Positions 8,537-18,965 of a stretch of 64,000 nt of DNA are shown here, one piece after another. The DNA is taken from positions 17,253 through 81,252 of the IMG/VR virus record IMGVR_UViG_2869891414_000007, one strand, 5' to 3'. The translations under genes and the position numbers were made by a program. Within the stretch, counting starts at the first letter, position 1. Each line of letters starts with the position of its first letter. The notes under the pieces were generated by a model. It was not told the DNA's origin. It searched no databases and worked only from the letters and a program-made list of their open reading frames with translations. The stretch comes from a virus. Lineage: Duplodnaviria; Caudoviricetes.

Positions 8537-8883
8537 CTACTGCCACCTATCTCGGCATGAGCCGCAATACCGGGCGGGCCATTACCGACGCTGACCATAT
8601 CAGCCAGTCCATCGCCGATATTCTGATTACGCCGGTGGGTTCGCGGGTGATGCGCCGCGCTTATGGTTCGCTGTTATCGGAGTTGATTGACCAGCCGCAA
8701 AATCCGGCCCTGCGCCTGCAAATTATGGCCGCCAGTTACAGTGCCATTTTACGCTGGGAGCCGAGGGTCAAGCTGACTGGCATCACCTTTGACACCACTT
8801 TTGACGGAAAAATGGTGGTTGATATCACCGGCACCCGCAGCGATAGCGCGGCCCCACTCTCTTTAACCATCCCTGTGAGCTGA
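8533..8883 (+). CDS. gpW: baseplate wedge protein W
   Basis: HISQSIADILITPVGSRVMRRAYGS, RWEPR. Confidence 0.95.
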   Translation: MTTATYLGMSRNTGRAITDADHISQSIADILITPVGSRVMRRAYGSLLSELIDQPQNPALRLQIMAASYSAILRWEPRVKLTGITFDTTFDGKMVVDITGTRSDSAAPLSLTIPVS

Positions 8884-8887
8884 ATCT

Positions 8888-9796
8888 ATGGCAACCATTG
8901 ACCTGAGTCTGTTACCGCCGCCGTTTGTGGTGGAAGAACTGGACTATGAAACCCTGTTGGCCGAGCGCAAAGCCACGCTGATATCTCTTTACCCGGAAGA
9001 ACAGCGCGCCGCCGTGGCCCGCACGTTGTCGCTGGGATCCGAGCCGCTAGTCAAGCTGTTGCAAGAAAATGCCTATCGCGAGGTGATATTGCGCCAGCGC
9101 GTCAATGATGCGGCCCGCGCGGTGATGGTGGCCTATGCCGTCGGCAGTGATTTAGACCAGCTCGGCGCAAATAACAACGTTGCGCGGCTGGTGATCACCC
9201 CGGCAAACCCCACGGCGATCCCACCGATTGAAGCAGTGATGGAGTCTGATAGTGATTTCCGGGTGCGTATCCCGCAAGCCTTTGAGGGCTTGAGTGTCGC
9301 CGGGCCAACGGGTGCTTATGAATATCATGCCAAAAGTGCCGACGGCCGTGTAGCCGATGCCTCGGCAATCAGTCCGACACCCGCCTGTGTCACGGTCACG
9401 GTGTTATCGCGTGAGGGCAACGGCGCAGCCTCAGCCGAACTGCTGGCTGTGGTTGAGGCCGCGCTAAATGATGAGAACACGCGGCCAGTGGCTGACCGGG
9501 TGACGGTGCAATCCGCCCGCATTGAAGATTATGAGATTGACGCGGTGCTCTACCTGCATCCGGGGCCGGAGGCTGAACCGGTACGCATTGCGGCCGAGAA
9601 GAAACTGACCGCCTTTGTCACCACACAACGCCGCCTCGGTCGCGACATTCGCCTGTCAGCACTGTATGCCGCGCTGCATGTTGAGGGGGTACAACGGGTG
9701 GTGATTAATGCCCCCCTGGCTGATGTGGTGTTGGATAAAACCCAGGCCGCATGGTGCACCGGCAGCAACATCACTGTCGGGGGTACGGATGACTGA
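8888..9796 (+). CDS. gpJ: baseplate assembly protein J
   Basis: IDLSLLPPP, LSVAGPTGAY, RPVADRV. Confidence 0.95.
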   Translation: MATIDLSLLPPPFVVEELDYETLLAERKATLISLYPEEQRAAVARTLSLGSEPLVKLLQENAYREVILRQRVNDAARAVMVAYAVGSDLDQLGANNNVARLVITPANPTAIPPIEAVMESDSDFRVRIPQAFEGLSVAGPTGAYEYHAKSADGRVADASAISPTPACVTVTVLSREGNGAASAELLAVVEAALNDENTRPVADRVTVQSARIEDYEIDAVLYLHPGPEAEPVRIAAEKKLTAFVTTQRRLGRDIRLSALYAALHVEGVQRVVINAPLADVVLDKTQAAWCTGSNITVGGTDD

Positions 9797-10397
9797 CCGT
9801 TTATTGCCTGTCGGTTCGTCGGTGCTGGAAGTGGCCGCTGCGCGCGCCTGTGCCGAACTGGAAAACACCCCGGTTCCGATTCGCCAGCTGTGGAACGCCG
9901 ATACCTGCCCGCTGGAATTATTACCTTATTTGGCGTGGGCGTGGTCAGTGGATCGCTGGGATGAGAAGTGGCCGGAAGCCACTAAGCGCGCGGTGGTGAA
10001 GTCCTCGCAGTACGTGCACAAACACAAGGGTACCATTGGCGCAATCCGCCGGGTGGTTGAGCCGCTGGGCTATCTCATCAAAGTGATCGAGTGGTGGAAG
10101 ACCAACGAAACCCCCGGCACCTTTCGCCTCGATGTGGGTGTGCTGGAAACCGGCATTACCGAAGAAATGTATCAAGAGCTTGAGCGGCTGATAGACGACG
10201 CCAAGCCATGCAGCCGCCACTTAGTCGGCCTGTCTATCAATCTCGACAGTAGCGGCCCGCTGTTTGTGGCCGCTGCCAGTTACAGTGGTGATGAGCTGAC
10301 CATTTACCCCTATTTACCTGAAACCATAACCGTGACCGGCGAGGATTACGCCAGCGCCGCCGTCCATATTATTGATGACCTGAGAGTGAACCCATGA
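9789..10397 (+). CDS. gpI: tail/baseplate protein I
   Basis: LLPYLAWAWSVDRW, HKHKGT, AKPCSRHL; start at MTDRLL. Confidence 0.94.
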   Translation: MTDRLLPVGSSVLEVAAARACAELENTPVPIRQLWNADTCPLELLPYLAWAWSVDRWDEKWPEATKRAVVKSSQYVHKHKGTIGAIRRVVEPLGYLIKVIEWWKTNETPGTFRLDVGVLETGITEEMYQELERLIDDAKPCSRHLVGLSINLDSSGPLFVAAASYSGDELTIYPYLPETITVTGEDYASAAVHIIDDLRVNP

Positions 10398-11548
10398 CCG
10401 CAAAATTCTTTGCTTTACTGACCAACATCGGCGCGGCCAAGCTGGCGAACGCCACCGCCCTCGGCACCCGCTTAGAGATAACCCACATGGCGGTCGGGGA
10501 TGGCAGCGGAACCCTGCCAACACCCAATCCAGCACAAACCCAACTGGTGAACGAACAGCGCCGCGCCGCCCTCAATACCTTGTCCATTGACCCTATTAAC
10601 ACCAGTCAGATTATTGCAGAGCAGGTTATCCCGGAGGCCGAGGGCGGGTGGTGGATTAGGGAGATTGGCTTGCTGGATAAAGACGGTGATTTGGTTGCCA
10701 TTGCCAACTGTGCCGAAACCTATAAACCGCAACTGCAAGAGGGCAGCGGCCGCACCCAAACCATTCGGGTAATTTTAATTGTCAGCAGCACTGCCGCTGT
10801 CACGCTAAAAATCGACCCGTCGGTGGTGCTGGCAACGCGTAAGTACGTTGATGATAAAGTGATTGAGGTTAAAGCCTATGCAGATGACCTGATGGTTAAA
10901 CATCTGGCCGCGACTAATCCCCATTCGCAATACGCACCGCTTGCCAGCCCCGCACTGACGGGTAAACCAACCGCCCCTACACCGGCTGCGGGAAATAATA
11001 CCCAACAGTTGGCGAACACCGCTTTTATTCAGGCCGCTATTAACGCTTTGGGCTTGGGCAGTGCGGCTAAATTAAATTCTGGTGTCACCGGGGGTGTTGC
11101 ACTCTTTAACGATACGCTCCGCGTAGTTAATGACTTAATCGAAATTAAAAACAAAGGGGAAACCGCCAAAAACAACGCAAGAATTAATCTCGGTTGTGGA
11201 ACAGCGGCGGTAAAAGATGTCGGAACCGGCGCAGGACAAATACCCGATATGAGCGCGTTCACCTCTGGCAATGGCTGGGTGAAATATCCTGATGGCACCA
11301 TTATTCAGCGCGGGCGGGCGAACAGCTCTGATGCAGGTTATGCACTGATAAATTTCCCTATTCCATTTATAACCGGATTTACATTGGCTTTATTGCCAGT
11401 GAGTTCTGCAAACCCACCGGCTACGCGTTATTCAGCCAATATGGGGCCGTTGGGTGACGGTAGGACAAACTTTTCATTTGCCGTGTGGGTCTTAAACTCA
11501 AACACAATTAGCACTGTGGGTACCGATTGGATCGCGATAGGAAAATAA
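10394..11548 (+). CDS. gpH: tail fibre protein H (short, 384 aa)
   Basis: P2 H N-terminal domain (LTNIGAAKLA, GGWWIREIGL, LATRKYVD); C-terminal GWVKYPDGTIIQRG tip. Confidence 0.92.
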   Translation: MTAKFFALLTNIGAAKLANATALGTRLEITHMAVGDGSGTLPTPNPAQTQLVNEQRRAALNTLSIDPINTSQIIAEQVIPEAEGGWWIREIGLLDKDGDLVAIANCAETYKPQLQEGSGRTQTIRVILIVSSTAAVTLKIDPSVVLATRKYVDDKVIEVKAYADDLMVKHLAATNPHSQYAPLASPALTGKPTAPTPAAGNNTQQLANTAFIQAAINALGLGSAAKLNSGVTGGVALFNDTLRVVNDLIEIKNKGETAKNNARINLGCGTAAVKDVGTGAGQIPDMSAFTSGNGWVKYPDGTIIQRGRANSSDAGYALINFPIPFITGFTLALLPVSSANPPATRYSANMGPLGDGRTNFSFAVWVLNSNTISTVGTDWIAIGK

Positions 11549-11549
11549 A

Positions 11550-12032
11550 ATGAAATATTTATTCAGTGATATTAAAAATCTATTTTTCCCTTACTCAAGC
11601 ATGGAAGATTATAAACAAGCAGGAATGTGGCCCGAGTCTGGTGTAGATGTTGATGAGGATATATTTGCACTTTACACAGGGGAGCCGCCAACGGGTAAGG
11701 TGCGTGGTTCTGTTGATGGAATGCCAGCTTGGGTAGATGTTTCCCCACAACAACCACTAACCGCCGATGAACTTGCCGCAAAAGCTCGCGCCCATCGTGA
11801 TGATTTTATTATGGCGACTGACCCCATGATGGTCAGTGATTACTCGATTGACGATATACCACTGACGGCCGCGCAACGCACTGAATTAACTACCGCGCGT
11901 GCACTTTATCGCGCATGGCCGACAATGGAAAACTGGCCGCTGATTGAGCTACCGGAGCTGCCGCAGTGGTTGTTAGTTGAGGCGGTGAATCAGGGCTACC
12001 GGGTGCCAGTTTGGCCGCCGCTGCCTGCTTAA
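11550..12032 (+). CDS. tail fibre assembly chaperone
   Basis: Follows fibre; GKVRGSVDGMPAWVD, YRAW...WP..P tfa-like motifs. Confidence 0.8.
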   Translation: MKYLFSDIKNLFFPYSSMEDYKQAGMWPESGVDVDEDIFALYTGEPPTGKVRGSVDGMPAWVDVSPQQPLTADELAAKARAHRDDFIMATDPMMVSDYSIDDIPLTAAQRTELTTARALYRAWPTMENWPLIELPELPQWLLVEAVNQGYRVPVWPPLPA

Positions 12033-12044
12033 TATTTTATCTTG

Positions 12045-12066
12045 GCCCCCGATTGCGGGGCTTTTT
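12045..12066 (+). terminator. Rho-independent terminator after the fibre assembly gene
   Basis: gcccc...ggggc hairpin followed by T-run. Confidence 0.7.
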
Positions 12067-12068
12067 GT

Positions 12069-12086
12069 TGTGCCATTTTCCACACA
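12069..12086 (+). promoter_or_regulatory. Ogr site of late promoter PF
   Basis: TGT-N12-ACA (tgtgccattttccacaca) upstream of FI. Confidence 0.7.
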
Positions 12087-12158
12087 TCCCCTATCAATCG
12101 CCCCCCACACAGTAACCCGTCACCATACTCTCACCCTTAACCAACGGAGAGTTACCCC

Positions 12159-13328
12159 ATGGGTGATTACCATCACGGCGTCCGCATTCTCGAAATCAAC
12201 GAGGGGACGCGCGTCATTTCCACTATTTCCACCGCCATTGTCGGCATGGTCTGCACCGCCGAGGATGCCGACGCGGCAACATTCCCCCTCAATACCCCGG
12301 TACTGATTACCAACGTACTGGCCGCCGCCGGTAAAGCCGGTAAAAAAGGCACACTGGCCGCGTCGTTACTGGCGATTGCTGAACAGGCCCGTCCGGTGAC
12401 GATTGTTGTTCGCGTCGCTACCGGCAAAGATGAGGCTGAAACCACCTCTAATATTATCGGCGGCGCTGACGAGAACGGCCGTTACACCGGTATGAAAGCG
12501 TTGTTAGATGCGCAATCTGTCACCGGCGTTCGCCCGCGCATTCTCGGTGTGCCGGGGCTGGATAATCTGGCGGTATCGACGGCACTGGCGGATATTTGCC
12601 AGAAGCTGCGCGCCTTTGGTTATATCAGCGCCTACGGTTGCAAGACTATTTCAGAAGCCATTTTGTACCGCGACAATTTCAGCCAGCGTGAGCTGATGTT
12701 GATTTGGCCGGATTTTCTGAGCTGGAACACCACCGCCAACAGCACTGATATTGCTTATGCCACTGCCCGCGCACTGGGTCTGCGTGCCAAGATTGACCAA
12801 GAGACGGGATGGCATAAAACCCTGTCTAACGTCGGGGTGAATGGCGTGACCGGTATCTCTGCCAGCGTCTACTGGGATTTACAGACCGTCGGCACTGACG
12901 CCGACCTGCTCAATAAAGCCTGTGTAACCACCCTTGTACGCAAAGATGGCTTCAAGTTTTGGGGTTCGCGCACCTGTTCTGATGACCCGCTATTTGCCTT
13001 TGAGAACTACACCCGCACCGCGCAGATTCTGGCTGACACTATGGCCGAGGCGCAGTTGTGGGCCATTGACCGCCCGATGCACCCGACGCTGGTCAAAGAC
13101 ATGATTGGCAGCATCAATGCCAAATTCCGCGAAATGAAATCCGCCGGGCTGATTATTGACGGCGCTTGCTGGTATGACGACAGCGCCAACGATAAAGACA
13201 CCCTGAAAGCGGGCAAGCTGTTTATCGATTACGACTACACCCCAGTGCCGCCACTGGAAGACCTCACCCTGCGCCAGCGTATCACCGATAAATATCTGGT
13301 GAACTTTGCCGCTGCCGTCAACAGCTAA
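12159..13328 (+). CDS. gpFI: tail sheath protein FI
   Basis: YHHGV, PRILGVPG, GWHKTLSN, YDYTPVPPLE. Confidence 0.96.
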   Translation: MGDYHHGVRILEINEGTRVISTISTAIVGMVCTAEDADAATFPLNTPVLITNVLAAAGKAGKKGTLAASLLAIAEQARPVTIVVRVATGKDEAETTSNIIGGADENGRYTGMKALLDAQSVTGVRPRILGVPGLDNLAVSTALADICQKLRAFGYISAYGCKTISEAILYRDNFSQRELMLIWPDFLSWNTTANSTDIAYATARALGLRAKIDQETGWHKTLSNVGVNGVTGISASVYWDLQTVGTDADLLNKACVTTLVRKDGFKFWGSRTCSDDPLFAFENYTRTAQILADTMAEAQLWAIDRPMHPTLVKDMIGSINAKFREMKSAGLIIDGACWYDDSANDKDTLKAGKLFIDYDYTPVPPLEDLTLRQRITDKYLVNFAAAVNS

Positions 13329-13341
13329 GGAAACCTGACTT

Positions 13342-13857
13342 ATGGCACTGCCACGTAAGCTGAAATTGATGAACCTGTTTAACGATGGCCGGGATTACAT
13401 GGGGATCGTCTCGTCCATTACCCTGCCAAAACTCACCCGCAAGCTGGAGAACTACCGGGGCGGCGGGATGAATGGCGTTGCGCCAATTGATTTGGGTCTG
13501 GATGACGATGCGCTATCCATGGAGTGGTCGATGGGCGGCATTGACGAACTGGTGTTGCAGCAATGGGGAACGCCCAAAGTTGACGCGGTTCCGCTGCGTT
13601 TTGCCGGAGCTTATCAGCGTGATGACACTGGCGAGGTCACCGCGGTAGAGGTCGAAATCCGTGGCCGTCATAAAGAGATTGATGGCGGCGAATCCAAACA
13701 AGGGGAAGACACCGAAACCAAGGTATCCACCCAGTGCACTTATTACAAGCTGACCATTGACGGCAAGGTGGTGATGGAAATTGACGTGGTTAACCTGATT
13801 GAAATTGTTAACGGCGTAGACCTGCTGGAAGCCCAACGCAAGGCCATTGGCCGCTAA
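13342..13857 (+). CDS. gpFII: tail tube protein FII
   Basis: MALPRKLK, YRGGGM, RGRHKEID. Confidence 0.96.
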   Translation: MALPRKLKLMNLFNDGRDYMGIVSSITLPKLTRKLENYRGGGMNGVAPIDLGLDDDALSMEWSMGGIDELVLQQWGTPKVDAVPLRFAGAYQRDDTGEVTAVEVEIRGRHKEIDGGESKQGEDTETKVSTQCTYYKLTIDGKVVMEIDVVNLIEIVNGVDLLEAQRKAIGR

Positions 13858-13912
13858 CCCCTGACGGCCAGTGTTAGCTCGCTGGCCCTCCCTGACTGAA
13901 TTGGAAAAAACC

Positions 13913-14224
13913 ATGAAAAAACTCACTGTTAAAACTGAAACCATCGCCGAGGTTAACGAGAATGTGGTGGTACTGGAAACCCCGCTAAAGCGTGGCGATA
14001 CCCTGATTACTGAAATCGAAGTTTACCGCCCCAATGCCGGGGCGCTGCGCGGGGTACGGCTTTCAGATGTCGCTCATTCTGATGTGGATGCGCTGATTGT
14101 GGTGTTACCCCGTATCACCACCCCCACACTGACCGCCGCTGAATGTGGCCGCTTAGAACTGCCGGATTTAGTGGCACTGGCCGGCAAGGTGATTGGTTTT
14201 TTGTCGCCGAAACCGGCGGCGTAA
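13913..14224 (+). CDS. gpE: tail assembly chaperone E
   Basis: PLKRG, AGALRGV, LPRITTP; contains slippery site. Confidence 0.92.
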   Translation: MKKLTVKTETIAEVNENVVVLETPLKRGDTLITEIEVYRPNAGALRGVRLSDVAHSDVDALIVVLPRITTPTLTAAECGRLELPDLVALAGKVIGFLSPKPAA

Positions 14225-14379
14225 CGCTCGACCCGAAACTGGAAGTGGATGACCTGATGGCGGATATTGCCGCCATTTTTCACTGGCCGCCGTCAGAGCT
14301 TTGGGCCTTGAGTCTCACCGAGCTGGTGCGCTGGCGTCATAAAGCCCTGCTAAGAAGTGGAGCCGTAAACCATGAGTAA
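14197..14379 (+). other. -1 programmed frameshift site TTTTTTG (14197-14203) and E' extension
   Basis: Same heptamer as P2 E/E'; -1 frame reads DDLMADIAAIFHWPPSEL, the conserved E' motif. Confidence 0.9.
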
Positions 14380-16801
14380 GAGCTTACAGTTACAGGTATT
14401 GCTCAAAGCCGTAGACCAAGCCACCCGCCCGTTTAAAGCCATTCAAACCGCCAGTAAATCCCTCACCGGGGATATTCGCAACACACAAAGCAGCATCAAA
14501 TCCCTTGATGCGCAGGCGGCGAAGATTGACGGTTTCCGCAAGGCCAGCGCCCAACTGGCGGTCACCGGGCAGGCATTAAAAAAAGCCAAAGAAGACGCGG
14601 CGGCGCTGGCTATTGCCTTTAAAAACACCGAGAAACCCACCGCCCAACAAGCCCGGCTGATGGAGGGAGCCAAGCGTGCGGCGGCTGAACTGCAAACCAA
14701 ATATAGCGGGCTGCGCCAGTCAGTGCAGCGCCAGCGCGACGCCCTCAATGCTGACGGTATCGCGACCAAAAACCTGAGCAGTGAACAACGCCGGTTACGC
14801 AGCAGTGCCGCCGAGGCGACGGTTGCCCTGAGCCGCCAGCGCCAAGAGCTGCAACGCCTGAGCTTGAAACAGGAACAACTCAACCGTATCAGCAATCGTT
14901 ACCAGAAAGGCAAAGCAGCCACCAGTGCCGTACGTAATACCAGCGCGGCGAGTCTTGGCGTAGCAACCGCTGGGCTGTACGGCGCGGCGAAACTGATTGC
15001 GCCGGGTATGGAGTTTGACAGCCAGATGTCCGGCACACAGGCGATTTTAGGGCTGGATAAGAACGACACCAAACTGGCGGCCATACGCCAACAGGCGCGG
15101 GATATCGGCGGATCAACCGCCTTTTCCCCGACCGATGTGGCACGAACCCAAGACACACTGGCCCGTTCCGGCTATGACGCTAACGCCATTCTCGCCGCCA
15201 CTGAACCGACGGTTAACCTGTCGCTGGCGTCCGGGGTGGATATTGCCGAGGCGGCGGATATTGTCACTAACATGCAGTCGGCGTTTAACCTGCCGCTAGA
15301 CCAGATTAAACGTGTGTCGGACGTGATGGCGAAAGGCTTTACCAGCTCAAACACCAACTTGCTAGAGCTGGGCGAGGCGATGAAATACGTCGCTCCGATT
15401 GCCGAGGCCGCCGGGGCCAGCATCGAAGACACCACCGCGTTACTCGGTGTGCTGGCCGATAATGGCATTAAAGGCAGTATGGCAGGCACTAGTACCAGCG
15501 CGGTGTTTAGCCGGTTGCAGGCCCCTATCGGCAAAGCGCCGGAAGCCTTGCGCGAACTGGGAATAATCACCCGCGACGGCAAAGGCAATATGTTGCCGGT
15601 GGAGAAAATTCTCAAAGACATCAACAACTCATTTAAAAAGAACAAGTTAGGCACCGCGCAGCAAGCCGAATACCTGAAAGTGATCTTCGGTGAGGAAGCC
15701 ATGAAAGGCGCGGTGAAACTGGTGGCTGCTGCCGGTAACGGCAAGTTGGCGGAGAAACAAAACAAGCTGAAAAATGCCGATGGCACCGCGCAATCTATTG
15801 CCACGGTCAGAATGGACAACCTCGACGGCGACCTGAAAAACCTGAGTTCGGCATGGGAAGACTTAGAAATTGAAGTCTTTGAAAAGCAAGATTCCGCCCT
15901 GCGTAAGCTGACCGTCACCACTACCGACTGGCTAGTTAAGGTGGCGGCATGGGCTAAGAAAAATCCCGAGTTGGTCGCCACGCTGACCAAGGTCACTGGC
16001 GCAGCGTTGGCGCTGGTCGCTGGGCTGGGTGCGCTGGGACTGATTGCATGGCCGGTCATGGCTGGGTTTAACCTGTTGTTGGCGGGGGCCGGTCTGCTCA
16101 GTACCGGTTTTTCGCTGATGGCTGGCACCATTGCCACCGCGCTCACCGCGCTGACATGGCCGATAGTCGCCGTGGTCGCGGCCATTGTGGCCGGTGGGCT
16201 GCTTATCCGTAAATATTGGGAGCCTATCAGCGCCTTTATTGCGGGCGTGGCCGAGGGTTTTGCTGCTGCCATGGGGCCAATCAGTGCCGCCTTTGAGCCG
16301 CTTAAACCGGTGTTTAACTGGTTTAGCGACAAGGTGAAACAGCTTTCGAACTGGTTCGCTGACTTGATTAAGCCGGTCAAAGCCACACAGGAAACCTTAG
16401 ACGCGGCCACTAACGCGGGCAAGTTATTTGGCGAAGGGCTGGCGGCGGCGCTCAGTCTGCCGATGGATGCGCTAAACACTCTGCGCAGTGGCATTGATTG
16501 GGTGCTGGAAAAGCTCGGCGTTATTGATAGCAAATCTGCGGGGCTGGCCGATAACGTCCCGAAAGATAACCCTTACGCGGGCGGATACTCACCCAGTGGC
16601 GGCGTGTTATATGGCGGTTATCAGCCGGTGACTGCCAATACTGGCACCACTATCGTTGACAGTAGTGTCACCACCAACGATATCAAGGTGACTATTCCGC
16701 CGGGTATGAGCCGACAGGATGCCGAGCGAATGATGACCGATGCCCTAGCCAAAAATGAACGCGATAAACGCGCCCGCCAGCGCGGCCAGATGGAGAATTA
16801 A
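14372..16801 (+). CDS. gpT: tail tape measure protein T
   Basis: LKAVDQATRPF N-terminus, TP901-type tape measure core, 809 aa. Confidence 0.95.
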   Translation: MSKSLQLQVLLKAVDQATRPFKAIQTASKSLTGDIRNTQSSIKSLDAQAAKIDGFRKASAQLAVTGQALKKAKEDAAALAIAFKNTEKPTAQQARLMEGAKRAAAELQTKYSGLRQSVQRQRDALNADGIATKNLSSEQRRLRSSAAEATVALSRQRQELQRLSLKQEQLNRISNRYQKGKAATSAVRNTSAASLGVATAGLYGAAKLIAPGMEFDSQMSGTQAILGLDKNDTKLAAIRQQARDIGGSTAFSPTDVARTQDTLARSGYDANAILAATEPTVNLSLASGVDIAEAADIVTNMQSAFNLPLDQIKRVSDVMAKGFTSSNTNLLELGEAMKYVAPIAEAAGASIEDTTALLGVLADNGIKGSMAGTSTSAVFSRLQAPIGKAPEALRELGIITRDGKGNMLPVEKILKDINNSFKKNKLGTAQQAEYLKVIFGEEAMKGAVKLVAAAGNGKLAEKQNKLKNADGTAQSIATVRMDNLDGDLKNLSSAWEDLEIEVFEKQDSALRKLTVTTTDWLVKVAAWAKKNPELVATLTKVTGAALALVAGLGALGLIAWPVMAGFNLLLAGAGLLSTGFSLMAGTIATALTALTWPIVAVVAAIVAGGLLIRKYWEPISAFIAGVAEGFAAAMGPISAAFEPLKPVFNWFSDKVKQLSNWFADLIKPVKATQETLDAATNAGKLFGEGLAAALSLPMDALNTLRSGIDWVLEKLGVIDSKSAGLADNVPKDNPYAGGYSPSGGVLYGGYQPVTANTGTTIVDSSVTTNDIKVTIPPGMSRQDAERMMTDALAKNERDKRARQRGQMEN

Positions 16802-16803
16802 TC

Positions 16804-17289
16804 ATGATGTTATCACTGGGTTTATTTGTCTTTATGCTACAAACCACCCCTTATCAAAGCATGGGACGCAATATTGATTATCGTTGGCCCACTAACAGCC
16901 GGGTAGGCTTGCGCCCGGCGGCGCAATTTCTTGGCGTAGATAGCGAAAAAATGACGCTATCCGGGGTATTACTACCGGAACTGACAGGCGGCCGCCTGTC
17001 GTTGCTGGCTCTAGAGGTTATGGCTAACCAAGGCAAAGCATGGCCGCTGATTGAGGGGAGCGGCATGATATACGGTATGTTTGTGGTTGAAAGCCTGAAC
17101 CTGACCCGCAGTCTGTTTTTTGCAGATGGCTGCGCCCGGCGCATTGAGTTCACCCTCAATCTGTTGCGGGTCGATGAGTCGTTAACCGCCATGTTCGGCG
17201 ACCTGCAACAACAGGCTGACGAGTTGCTGGGTAAAGCGACGGCCATGACCGGTAAAGCGCAGACAGCTATCGGGGGGTTATTCTCATGA
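16804..17289 (+). CDS. gpU: tail protein U
   Basis: MMLSLGLFVF, WPLIEGSG, RRIEFTL. Confidence 0.94.
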   Translation: MMLSLGLFVFMLQTTPYQSMGRNIDYRWPTNSRVGLRPAAQFLGVDSEKMTLSGVLLPELTGGRLSLLALEVMANQGKAWPLIEGSGMIYGMFVVESLNLTRSLFFADGCARRIEFTLNLLRVDESLTAMFGDLQQQADELLGKATAMTGKAQTAIGGLFS

Positions 17290-18452
17290 TGACCGGCATG
17301 TCTCTACCGGCCGGGGCGGATATGGCCCCGGATTTTATGCTGAACATTAACCAGAAAGACATCACGCAGAATATCCGTGACCGGCTGTTGTCGCTTAGTC
17401 TGACTGATAACCGGGGCTTTGAAGCTGACCAGCTCGATATTGAGCTGGATGACGCCGACGGCCAGCTTGCCATGCCGGAACGCGGCGCAGTGTTGTCGGT
17501 GTTCTTGGGCTGGAAAGGGTCGGCGCTGATTGGTAAAGGTGACTTTACCGTGGATGAGGTCGAGCACCACGGCGCGCCGGATACGCTGACCATTCGCGCC
17601 CGCAGTGCGGATTTTCGCGGCTCACTCAATGCGCGGCGGGAAGTCTCTTATCATGAAACCACGCTGGGTAAAGTGGTGGCGCAAGTGGCCGAGCGCAACA
17701 ACCTGAAAGCGATGCTGGCTGACGGTCTGGCGGATATCGCTATTTCTCATATCGACCAGACCCAAGAAACTGACGCCAAATTTATCACCCGGTTAGCTTC
17801 ACTGAATGGCGCGGTGGCTGCCGTCAAAGCCGGGCGATTGTTATTTATCAAGCCGGGCAGCGGTGTTACTGCCAGCGGGAAACCCATTCCGCAGATGACG
17901 ATCACCCGGCAGGATGGCGACCAGCACAGCTTTAGTATTGCTGACCGGGGCGCGTATACCGGTGTCAGTGCCAGTTGGTTACACACCAAAGACCCCAAAC
18001 CGGCCAAGCCGAAAAAGGTTAAGTTGCAGCGTAAGCCAAAGTTTAAGCAGCTCCGCGCACTGGAACACCCCAAAGCCAAACCGACCCGCACCAAAGCGGC
18101 CGCAGTGAAAAAGCCGGTGGAGGAAAAACAAGGGGATTATCTGGTGGGGTCAGAAGATAACGTTTTTGCTATCACGACAGTTTACGCCACGCAAAAAGCC
18201 GCTATGCGCGCCGCTCAATCTAAATGGGAGAAGTTACAACGCGGTGTTGCTGAGTTCTCTATCACCTTAGCCATGGGGCGCGCTGATTTATTTCCTGAAA
18301 CCCCTGTCGAGGTCAATGGTTTTAAATCGGTGATAGACCAACAGAACTGGATAATCAGCAAGGTAACGCACAACCTGAGTAACAACGGCTACACCACCCA
18401 GTTATCTCTAGAAGTGTTGTTGTCGGATGTCACTTATGAGGCCACTGAGTAG
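17286..18452 (+). CDS. gpD: tail/baseplate hub protein D
   Basis: DNRGFEADQLDIELDD, TIRARSADFRGSL, GRADL. Confidence 0.94.
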   Translation: MMTGMSLPAGADMAPDFMLNINQKDITQNIRDRLLSLSLTDNRGFEADQLDIELDDADGQLAMPERGAVLSVFLGWKGSALIGKGDFTVDEVEHHGAPDTLTIRARSADFRGSLNARREVSYHETTLGKVVAQVAERNNLKAMLADGLADIAISHIDQTQETDAKFITRLASLNGAVAAVKAGRLLFIKPGSGVTASGKPIPQMTITRQDGDQHSFSIADRGAYTGVSASWLHTKDPKPAKPKKVKLQRKPKFKQLRALEHPKAKPTRTKAAAVKKPVEEKQGDYLVGSEDNVFAITTVYATQKAAMRAAQSKWEKLQRGVAEFSITLAMGRADLFPETPVEVNGFKSVIDQQNWIISKVTHNLSNNGYTTQLSLEVLLSDVTYEATE

Positions 18453-18543
18453 TAATATTCAACTAATTGATATTTATTTCACAAATGCGAATGCTGGTGA
18501 TAAGATCAGCATAATTACTGAATATGCAGTTTCGGAGGTAAAT

Positions 18544-18759
18544 ATGATGCATTGCCCACGCTGTAAATTTGCAGCACACGCGAGATCCAGTCGTTACCTT
18601 AGTGATGAAACTAAAGAACGCTATCACCAGTGCACGAATATTAATTGCGGCAAAACCTTTAAGACCCATGAAACAATCGTTGATACGATAATGGAGCCGG
18701 GAATAATTAATGCTGTACCGCCCCACCCTAAAGGGAATCAAGGCGTGTTGTGGATGTAA
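18544..18759 (+). CDS. ogr: late transcription activator Ogr/Delta (zinc finger)
   Basis: MMHCPRCKFAAHARSS...ERYHQCTNINCG. Confidence 0.95.
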   Translation: MMHCPRCKFAAHARSSRYLSDETKERYHQCTNINCGKTFKTHETIVDTIMEPGIINAVPPHPKGNQGVLWM

Positions 18760-18767
18760 TTGAAGAA

Positions 18768-18790
18768 GCCTGCAAATTGCAGGTTTTTTT
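18768..18790 (+). terminator. Rho-independent terminator after ogr
   Basis: gcctgca-aat-tgcagg followed by T7. Confidence 0.8.
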
Positions 18791-18885
18791 ATTATTAAAA
18801 TTTGGCGTAATTAATATCTTATTGGGGATAATTGGCGGTTTATCGTGCTTGCTACTGGATGCAGCCTTGAGGGTGTGAAAAGTGC

Positions 18886-18926
18886 CGTAGACACAATGTA
18901 GTCATTTTGTAGTCACTCTGCTGCCA
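18886..18926 (+). repeat. integrase arm-type direct repeats of the P2-like att arm
   Basis: cgtagaca/tgtagtca/tgtagtca/tgctgcca at exact 11-bp spacing; resembles P2 arm consensus TGTGGACA; lies between ogr and att. Confidence 0.7.
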
Positions 18927-18944
18927 TTTTCAAATCTCAGACAC

Positions 18945-18965
18945 AAAAAAACCGCCTCACGGCGG
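18945..18965 (-). terminator. terminator downstream of the tRNA 3' end
   Basis: ccgcc/ggcgg hairpin with T7 on the minus strand. Confidence 0.7.

Noticed and set aside
15172-16533. 453-aa minus-strand ORF
   Set aside because: Antisense of the tape measure gene, typical of GC-rich Ala-rich coding sequence
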